From assembly GCA_965204575.1 (NCBI GenBank), contig OZ241993.1, positions 256,001-320,000 on the forward strand: a stretch of 64,000 nucleotides of DNA, given 5' to 3'. The position numbers were made by a program, and so were the translations under genes. Shown piece after piece: positions 55,411-64,000 of the stretch; positions within the stretch are counted from its first letter, which is position 1; each line of letters starts with the position of its first letter. A model generated the notes under the pieces. That model was not told where the DNA came from, ran no database searches, and saw only the letters and a program-made list of their open reading frames with translations. This DNA is from an uncultured candidatus Porisulfidus sp. (GTDB lineage Bacteria > Pseudomonadota > Gammaproteobacteria > Poriferisulfidales > Poriferisulfidaceae).

Positions 55411-56886
55411 TCAGCGTACGACTTTGGCCGCCTCTCCGGGAGTCGGTTCACCCGACGGGTACGCCGCATTGAAAAGCCTCAATTGATCTTCAGGATACGG
55501 ATCCCATTCGGCACCCTCGGCATAGGCGGCATAGGTGTCTCCGGCCTTGGCCTCGACGATCTTCAACTGGGGCGGCCGCGCCGCATCGTACTCGGCCTTC
55601 GTCATCGGCCTCAAGCTCTGGAATGTTTCTTGTACCGCCCCGGCATAGCGCCGAAATGCCTCCGGTCGGTCCGATTGTGCAGCGGCGATCAGGAAAATCT
55701 CGGGAGAATGTTCCAGAACCAGGATGTCCGCCGCAGACCGGCTATCCCAAACCCGCGCCTGGCATCCGGAAAATCCTTCCGTCGCGCGAACCCTCAACTG
55801 GGCCACGTTCTCGAACCGTCGGCGTAGAAAGTCGCAGGAAGGTTGCCGGGCATTCCGTTCGATCAAGGTCAATCGGATCTGCATGTCCCGGCCCGGCGCC
55901 TGCGCAATCAAGCGATCCGGGAGGTTTGCGGTTTCCCATCCTTCCGGGAACGCGAGGGTGAAGTCATAGCTTCGATGGTAGAAATAACGCCCGCGCAACA
56001 GGCCTTCGAACTCGGCGGGACCGACCGCCATGCCGTCGACATGGCGCAGGTATTCCCCGCGTCGCACCAGCGCTTCCGAATCGGAACGGTGCTGGTTTGC
56101 CTCCCGGGTCACCTCCTGAGAGCGGTCGTCGTTATCGGGGTGCGTGGCGAAGAGGCCGTGACTGATTTGGGGCTTGCGCCCTTCCTGTCTCGCCATCTTA
56201 ATTTCGTGGGACTCCAGATTCTTCAGGATCCGGATGACCTCAAGCAGCGCTTCGGGGTCGTATCCGGCCAGCGCCGCATAGCGTGCGCCCAACCGGTCCG
56301 CTTCCAGTTCATTCTCGCGCCCGTAGCCGCGAAGATGCACCTCTCCCAGAATGTTCGCCGCGTTGTCAACCAGCGTACTGTCGGTCGCCACGTCCAGCAC
56401 CAGTTTGATAATATCGACCGTCTGCTGTTGCCCGATCCTCTGAGCCGTGTGCCGCGCCGTAATGTGCGCCAGCTCGTGCCCCAGCACGCCAGCCAGTTCC
56501 GCCTCGGAATTGAGCAGGGCCAGCATGCCTCGCGTGATGTAGACGTAGCCGGGCGTGGCCAAGGCATTGACCATCGGGGTGTCGAGCACCGTGAAACGGT
56601 AGCCCAGTTCCGGGCGGTGCGTGTGGGGGACCAGCGCCTGGCCGACTTGCGAGACGTACTCCTGGAGCATGGGGTTGTCGTAGTAGCCATACAGGTTGAG
56701 GATTGCCGGGTGGGCCTCATGCCCGAGTTCCAGTTCCCGCTGCTCGTCGACCACCGTCCAGTCCCGTTCTCCGGTGACCGGGTTCGCGGCGCCCACGCAG
56801 GCGCTGACTGACGCACCCAGCGCCAGCGTCAACAGAGAAGTTCGAAAGAAAGAAAGGGTCGGAAGCCGGCGATGCTCAGCTGCCAT
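55411..56886 (-). CDS. M48-family zinc metalloprotease lipoprotein
   Basis: Lipobox-like [25 protein letters not shown]; LysM-like tail. Confidence 0.88.
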   Translation of the reverse strand: MAAEHRRLPTLSFFRTSLLTLALGASVSACVGAANPVTGERDWTVVDEQRELELGHEAHPAILNLYGYYDNPMLQEYVSQVGQALVPHTHRPELGYRFTVLDTPMVNALATPGYVYITRGMLALLNSEAELAGVLGHELAHITARHTAQRIGQQQTVDIIKLVLDVATDSTLVDNAANILGEVHLRGYGRENELEADRLGARYAALAGYDPEALLEVIRILKNLESHEIKMARQEGRKPQISHGLFATHPDNDDRSQEVTREANQHRSDSEALVRRGEYLRHVDGMAVGPAEFEGLLRGRYFYHRSYDFTLAFPEGWETANLPDRLIAQAPGRDMQIRLTLIERNARQPSCDFLRRRFENVAQLRVRATEGFSGCQARVWDSRSAADILVLEHSPEIFLIAAAQSDRPEAFRRYAGAVQETFQSLRPMTKAEYDAARPPQLKIVEAKAGDTYAAYAEGAEWDPYPEDQLRLFNAAYPSGEPTPGEAAKVVR

Positions 56887-57076
56887 AACGCTTGCGGAAT
56901 TTGTCGACCTGTTTCGCAGTTTCCAGGATCTTCTGCTTCCCGGTATAAAACGGGTGGCAATTCGAACAGATTTCCACATGCAGTTCGTCTCCGGCATAGG
57001 TCGAGCGCGTCTGAAAGCGATTGCCGCAGGCGCAAACGACCATAATGTCGTGATAGTTGTAGTCTTGAACTGCCAT
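56876..57076 (-). CDS. rpmE: 50S ribosomal protein L31 (Zn-binding form)
   Basis: CACG...[13 protein letters not shown]...FRKRY. Confidence 0.93.
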   Translation of the reverse strand: MAVQDYNYHDIMVVCACGNRFQTRSTYAGDELHVEICSNCHPFYTGKQKILETAKQVDKFRKRYGS

Positions 57077-57130
57077 GCTCGTAAAACCGGGGTGAACCGG
57101 GGCGCGTAGTATATCAGGAAGCAGCAAAAT

Positions 57131-58273
57131 TCAGGTGCCAGCCGGCAGGAACAGCTCGCAAAGGTCGTTCAGATAGCGCCAACCCCGTGTGCTGGCGCGC
57201 AAGTTCCTCGGCGACTCCGTGACCAGGCCGAGGGCGCGGGCTTTTTCCAGCACGCCGGCCAAGACTTTCCGGGGCTGCCCGGTCCGGGTCTCGAACAGTA
57301 CCCAAGCCGCCCCCGCCTTCAGGCGAAGCGCGCCCAGCATAAATTCGAAGATTCGGTTTTCAGCACCCCGGTGTCGCCGTTCGATTTCCGCCCCTTCTCT
57401 TTCCACCGCTTCCATCCAATCGCCCGGGTTGTATGCCTGCACCGTTCGGAACACTTCCCCGGCCGCATCCGTCAATTTGCCGTGCGCGCCGGCCCCTACA
57501 CCGAGGTAGTCTCCGTACTCCCAGTAGTTCACGTTATGCCGGCAGACCGCTTCACCCCGGCACCAGGCGGAAACTTCGTATTGGGCGTAGCCTGCGCGTT
57601 CCAGTATCCCGGCACCTTCCGCGGACATCTCCCATAAGCGGTCCCCGTCTGGAAGCGGAGGGGGTTTGACGGCAAAGGGCGTGCCGGGTTCCAGCGTCAA
57701 CTGGTACCAGGACAGGTGCTCCGGCTCGAAAGCCAGGGCCGTCTCAAGGTCAGCGCACGCTTGCTCCACCGGCTGATTCGGCAGACCGTACATCAGATCC
57801 AGATTGAGGCGTGAAAAGCCTGCCTGCCTCGCGAAATCGATGGCTGCATGGGCATCCGTCCGGTCATGGGCCCGACCGAGTCGGCGCAGGCATCCGTCGT
57901 CGAAACTCTGTACGCCGATCGACAGGCGGTTGACGCCCGCTTCCCGGTAACCCGCGAAATGGCCCCGGTCGGCCGATTGCGGGTTGGCCTCCAGCGTGAC
58001 TTCCAGCGAAGGGCTGCAATCAAATTCCGCCCGAATCGCGTCCAGCACGCGCCGGATCGCCTCCGGAGAGAACCGGCTGGGCGTGCCCCCGCCAAAAAAC
58101 ACGCTTTCGATGGTTCGCCCTTGAGCGATTCCCGTCGCTCGCCCGAATTCCCGGACCAGGCATTCCACGTATCGTGTTTCCTCGAACGTCGAAGCCGCGT
58201 GGGCATTGAAATCGCAGTATGGGCAGCGCGAGACGCACCAGGGAAAGTGTACGTACAGGGACAGCGGAATCAT
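57131..58273 (-). CDS. hemW: Radical SAM heme chaperone HemW
   Basis: LYVHFPWCVSRCPYCDFN, GGGTPS, HNVNYW. Confidence 0.93.
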   Translation of the reverse strand: MIPLSLYVHFPWCVSRCPYCDFNAHAASTFEETRYVECLVREFGRATGIAQGRTIESVFFGGGTPSRFSPEAIRRVLDAIRAEFDCSPSLEVTLEANPQSADRGHFAGYREAGVNRLSIGVQSFDDGCLRRLGRAHDRTDAHAAIDFARQAGFSRLNLDLMYGLPNQPVEQACADLETALAFEPEHLSWYQLTLEPGTPFAVKPPPLPDGDRLWEMSAEGAGILERAGYAQYEVSAWCRGEAVCRHNVNYWEYGDYLGVGAGAHGKLTDAAGEVFRTVQAYNPGDWMEAVEREGAEIERRHRGAENRIFEFMLGALRLKAGAAWVLFETRTGQPRKVLAGVLEKARALGLVTESPRNLRASTRGWRYLNDLCELFLPAGT

Positions 58274-58863
58274 GTGTTGGCTTGCAGGCGTTCGACCAAG
58301 GCGCGCAGTGCGGCACCGCGGTGGCTGAGGGAATTTTTGACGTCCGGGTCCAGTTCAGCCGAGGCACAGCCATGCGTCGGCACGTAGAACAAGGGATCGT
58401 AGCCAAAACCGTTGTGGCCCTGCGGCGCTTCGAGGATCCGGCCCTCCCAGGCACCGCGGGCAATCAGCGGATCCGGGTCTTCGGCCGTACGCACCAGGGC
58501 GATGACACATTGGTAGCGAGCACTGCGCTGTTCTTCCGGCACTCCTTCAAGCTCTTGCAGCAGGAGCCGATTGTTGGCCTCGTCGTCGCATTGCGGACCC
58601 GCGTAGCGAGCCGAATAAACGCCCGGGCGCCCGTCCAAGGCATCCACTTCGATCCCCGAGTCGTCCGCAAGCGCAGCCAGACCGGTGCAGGCCGCCGCAT
58701 GATGGGCTTTAAGCAACGCGTTCGCTTCGAAAGTTGTTCCTGTCTCTTCCGCTTCCGGGACTCCGAGACCGCCTTGCGCAACCAGTTCCCAGCCCATCGG
58801 GCGGAGCACAGCGTCCAACTCGCGCAACTTTCCCGGATTGTTGCTGGCCAGCACGACTTTCAC
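58270..58863 (-). CDS. rdgB: Non-canonical purine NTP pyrophosphatase
   Basis: ASNNPGK, ADDSG, GFGYDP, SHR; GTG overlaps the rph stop. Confidence 0.95.
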   Translation of the reverse strand: MKVVLASNNPGKLRELDAVLRPMGWELVAQGGLGVPEAEETGTTFEANALLKAHHAAACTGLAALADDSGIEVDALDGRPGVYSARYAGPQCDDEANNRLLLQELEGVPEEQRSARYQCVIALVRTAEDPDPLIARGAWEGRILEAPQGHNGFGYDPLFYVPTHGCASAELDPDVKNSLSHRGAALRALVERLQANT

Positions 58864-59582
58864 TGTGCGCGAACCTGCCTCTGCTGCTGCATGATCTCCC
58901 GGATCCCGGCTTCCGCAAGGTCGAGCATGGCATCCAACTCCTTTCGCTGGAACGCGTGCCCTTCCGCCGTGCCCTGGATTTCGATGATCGAGCCCGCGTC
59001 GTTCATCACGACATTCATGTCGGTCTCCGCCGTGGAATCTTCCGCATAGTCCAGATCCAGCCGGGCTTCGCCATCGACGATCCCGACGGATATCGCTGCA
59101 ATCTGCCCATGCACCGGGTCGGTTTGCAGCACCCCCTTCTCGCGCAAGGCATCCACTGCGTCTTGCAGTGCCATGAACGCACCGTTGATGGCGGCCGTAC
59201 GCGTCCCTCCATCCGCCTGAAGCACGTCGCAATCCAAGGTCAGAGTGTTCTCACCCAGCGCCTCAAGGTCGAGCACGGCGCGCAAGGAACGACCGATCAG
59301 GCGCTGAATTTCCATGGTGCGCCCGCCCTGTCCGCCACTGCGGGCCTCGCGCCGGGTGCGCTCGCTGGTAGCGCGCGGCAGCATGCCGTACTCGGCGGTC
59401 ACCCAGCCGCTTCCCGTGCCCTTGAGCCAGCGCGGCACTCCCGGTTCGAATGTTGCCGTGCACAGCACGCGGGTGGCGCCCTGTTCGTACAGGACGGAGC
59501 CCTCGGCATGCTTCACGTAGTGGCGTTGATGGCGGATCGGACGCAGTTCATCCGGTGCGCGGCCGCTGGGACGTTCGGACAT
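58860..59582 (-). CDS. rph: Ribonuclease PH
   Basis: [28 protein letters not shown]. Confidence 0.97.
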   Translation of the reverse strand: MSERPSGRAPDELRPIRHQRHYVKHAEGSVLYEQGATRVLCTATFEPGVPRWLKGTGSGWVTAEYGMLPRATSERTRREARSGGQGGRTMEIQRLIGRSLRAVLDLEALGENTLTLDCDVLQADGGTRTAAINGAFMALQDAVDALREKGVLQTDPVHGQIAAISVGIVDGEARLDLDYAEDSTAETDMNVVMNDAGSIIEIQGTAEGHAFQRKELDAMLDLAEAGIREIMQQQRQVRAQ

Positions 59583-60009
59583 GATGGAGATGGAACAAAT
59601 TGAAAATTGTGGCGGAAAGTCGGGTCGCCCCGAAGCAGCCCCTATTATGGCACCCGGCTTCGCCCGTACAGTCCAGAAGTCCGGAGGGCCTGTTTTTCCA
59701 GGGGGGGGGGGCAGGCCCGAATCGCCCTAAACTTACATAAGTCAAAAAACTTTACATTTATAGTTTTTTTACATAGGAAATAATTGTTTTTCAATAGTTT
59801 AAGAGCATGAAAAAATGGTCTAAAAAATCCGACCATTTTTCCTTCCATTTCGAGACCCTATGCGGTACAACAGGGGTTCGAAACCAGCCCCACAGGAGTG
59901 CTATATTATGGGCATCGCCGACCCGACCCCCGAAGGAAGACCCTCCCAATCACGAACTTCCCCTGCCTCGACCAGACGGGCGGGCAGACCAGTGAAAGAG
60001 GAACACCCC

Positions 60010-60525
60010 ATGTTTGACACGCTCCAGGTCACCAAGGAATTGCGGGAATCCGGACTTGCCGAACCTCAGGCCGAGGCGATTGTCGTCGCTTTCGGGGCCA
60101 TTGCCGGGAACGTCTTGACCAAGGATGATCTGGAGGATTTCGCGACTAGGGATGATCTGAAGGATTTCGCGACCAAGGACGACCTGAAAGGTTTCGCGAC
60201 CAAGGATGATTTGAAGAATTTTGCGACCAAGGACGACCTGAAAGGTTTCGCGACCAAGGATGATTTGAAGAATTTTGCGACCAAGGACGACCTGAAGGAC
60301 TTGGAAGCGAGGATGGCAACCAAGGACGACCTGAAAGCCCTGGAAGAAAAGATGGCGACCAAGGACGACCTGAAACATTTTGTAACGGAGGCCGGCATGC
60401 ACAAGGCTTTTGGTGAATTTTCCGAGAAAATCCATCGTTCTCTCTTGCAGGTCGCGATGGGGACTGTCACGGTCAACATCGCCATGGTGACCGCGATCTT
60501 CGTCGTGGCGAAGTACCTGTTCTAG
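60010..60525 (+). CDS. DUF1640/CCDC90-like membrane-anchored coiled-coil protein
   Basis: MFDTLQVTKELRESGLAEPQAEAIV head; ATKDDLK stalk; C-terminal TM; GAGGA RBS. Confidence 0.82.
   Translation: MFDTLQVTKELRESGLAEPQAEAIVVAFGAIAGNVLTKDDLEDFATRDDLKDFATKDDLKGFATKDDLKNFATKDDLKGFATKDDLKNFATKDDLKDLEARMATKDDLKALEEKMATKDDLKHFVTEAGMHKAFGEFSEKIHRSLLQVAMGTVTVNIAMVTAIFVVAKYLF
60118..60384 (+). repeat. In-frame 27-bp (TKDDLKxFA) and 39-bp tandem repeats
   Basis: Six 9-aa units, two 13-aa units and one final unit; one exact 54-bp duplication. Confidence 0.92.
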
Positions 60526-60683
60526 ATTCTTCGGGCCTCCACCCGAGCCAGGCGGGCGCCACGTCGCGCAAACTCCAATCTGGTGCGATAATGGTAGACC
60601 GTGATGCACGCCCTTTCGCATCCGGCCCCTGAAACCCGTTGCGGCTTCCGCCTCCGGCTGGCGGAAGGTTGCGGATTTATTGA

Positions 60684-62561
<1,878 letters not shown>

Positions 62562-62564
62562 ACC

Positions 62565-64000
62565 ATGGCTCAAACCTCGCTGTTCGAACTCCAAGAAACG
62601 GATGCCGGCACTCGGCCTCTCGCCACATTCGTGGAGGAAGCCTATCTCAACTACTCCATGTACGTCATCCTGGATCGGGCTCTCCCGCACCTTGCCGATG
62701 GCCTGAAGCCGGTGCAACGGCGTATCGTGTACGCCATGTCGGAGCTGGGCCTGAAAGCCACCAGCAAACCCAAGAAGTCCGCCCGCACCATCGGCGATGT
62801 CATCGGCAAATACCACCCTCACGGCGACCAAGCCTGTTACGAAGCCATGGTCCTGATGGCCCAGGATTTCGCCTACCGTTATCCCCTGGTCGCAGGCCAA
62901 GGCAACTGGGGTTCGGCGGACGATCCCAAGTCCTTCGCCGCCATGCGCTACACGGAAGCGCGCCTGACTCCTTATGCGCAAGCGCTACTGGCGGAACTTG
63001 ATCAGGCCACCGTCGACTGGCAGCCCAATTTCGACGGCACCCTGGAAGAACCCCAACTGCTGCCCGCCCGCCTGCCCAATGTCCTGCTAAATGGTACGAC
63101 CGGCATCGCGGTCGGCCTGTCCACCGACATTCCGCCGCATAACTTGCGCGAGGTCGCCAGCGCCTGCATCCGGCTCTTGGAACGCCCCGGATCCTCCGTG
63201 GCCGAACTGTGCGAGCACGTGAAGGGACCGGACTACCCGACCGGAGGTGAGATTCTCTCTTCGTCCGAGGAATTGCGCGAACTGTACGAGACCGGAACCG
63301 GGACCGTCCGAATCCGGGCCAGCATCGTCAACGAAAAGGAAGGGCTGATCGTCACGGCCTTGCCCTACCAGGTTTCCGGCGCACGCGTCATGACGCAAAT
63401 CGCCCAGCAAATGCGGGACAAGAAACTGCCCATGGTCGAGGATCTGCGCGACGAATCCGACCACGAGACCCCGACTCGGCTGGTGATCGTCCCCCGCAGC
63501 AAGCGGGTGGACCGGGAAGCGCTGCTGCTGCACCTGTTCGCCACAACCGACCTGGAGCGATCGGCACGCGTCAACCTCAACGTCATTGATCTGGATCGCC
63601 GCCCCAGGGTCATGAACTTGCGCAACCTCCTGCGTGCCTGGCTGGAGTTCCGCAAGCAGACCGTCACCCGCCGGCTGCAATACCGACTGGAAGCGGTCAA
63701 CAAGCGGTTGCATCTGTTGGACGGCCTGCTGACCGCGCATGCCAACCTGGACGAAGTCATCAAGATTATCCGGAACGAGGACGAACCCAAACCCGTCCTG
63801 ATGAAAAAATTCAAGCTGAGCCAGGAGCAGGCCGAGGCGATCCTGGAGATCCGTCTGCGGCAATTGGCGAAGCTGGAGCGGGAAAAGCTGGAACAGGAAC
63901 AACAGGACCTGAGCGCCGAGAAGAAAGAAATCGAGAAGATCCTCGGCTCGGCTGCCCGCTTGAAAACCCTGATCAAAAAAGAACTCCAGGAAGACGCGGA
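62565..64000 (+). CDS. parC: DNA topoisomerase IV subunit A (runs off the window)
   Basis: Translated by hand from ATG 62565: [40 protein letters not shown]. Confidence 0.96.
   Translation, partial: MAQTSLFELQETDAGTRPLATFVEEAYLNYSMYVILDRALPHLADGLKPVQRRIVYAMSELGLKATSKPKKSARTIGDVIGKYHPHGDQACYEAMVLMAQDFAYRYPLVAGQGNWGSADDPKSFAAMRYTEARLTPYAQALLAELDQATVDWQPNFDGTLEEPQLLPARLPNVLLNGTTGIAVGLSTDIPPHNLREVASACIRLLERPGSSVAELCEHVKGPDYPTGGEILSSSEELRELYETGTGTVRIRASIVNEKEGLIVTALPYQVSGARVMTQIAQQMRDKKLPMVEDLRDESDHETPTRLVIVPRSKRVDREALLLHLFATTDLERSARVNLNVIDLDRRPRVMNLRNLLRAWLEFRKQTVTRRLQYRLEAVNKRLHLLDGLLTAHANLDEVIKIIRNEDEPKPVLMKKFKLSQEQAEAILEIRLRQLAKLEREKLEQEQQDLSAEKKEIEKILGSAARLKTLIKKELQEDA

Noticed and set aside
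60118-60384. Possible CRISPR array
   Set aside because: Contiguous in-frame coding repeats without unique spacers; no cas genes
3290-60530. CTAG tetramers seem frequent at accessory-region borders (possible IS scars)
   Set aside because: Several are simply C+TAG stop codons; enrichment cannot be tested without a count against background
60641-60673. Hairpin in the parE leader as a riboswitch or ncRNA
   Set aside because: Single GC-rich stem with no recognisable family features

Overview
GC-rich gammaproteobacterial chromosome segment. It is probably a sulfur oxidiser, judged from Alvin_2107-like and Sfum_1244-like small genes recognised from memory. Core blocks: cysS-hisI-lplT/aas, an aa3-type cytochrome c oxidase cluster (coxBAC, ctaG, SURF1, ctaA, ctaB/cyoE), def-fmt-DUF4390-ntrYX-trkAH, pip-tRNA-Phe, hspQ, cysQ, aroQ-accBC, cutA-dsbD, rph-rdgB-hemW-rpmE and parE-parC. 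Small accessory patches rich in toxin-antitoxin genes, many with the toxin deleted, sit between these blocks. Main observation: two different catalytically intact tnpB genes (5546-6781 and 10617-11927) each lie in a transposase-less element with terminal inverted repeats and an 8-bp target-site duplication (elements 5520-6786 and 10612-12030). This is DDE/IS1595-like architecture, not the IS200/IS605 or IS607 ends normally associated with TnpB. Other leads: an apparently autoregulated PRTase + SLOG-HTH two-gene module near tRNA-Phe (candidate defence/TA system); a poly-C autotransporter between duplicated cyoE 3' ends, flanked by the two halves of a PIN toxin gene; and an fmt gene with no canonical start codon. 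All family assignments come from motif recognition by eye; no searches were run.
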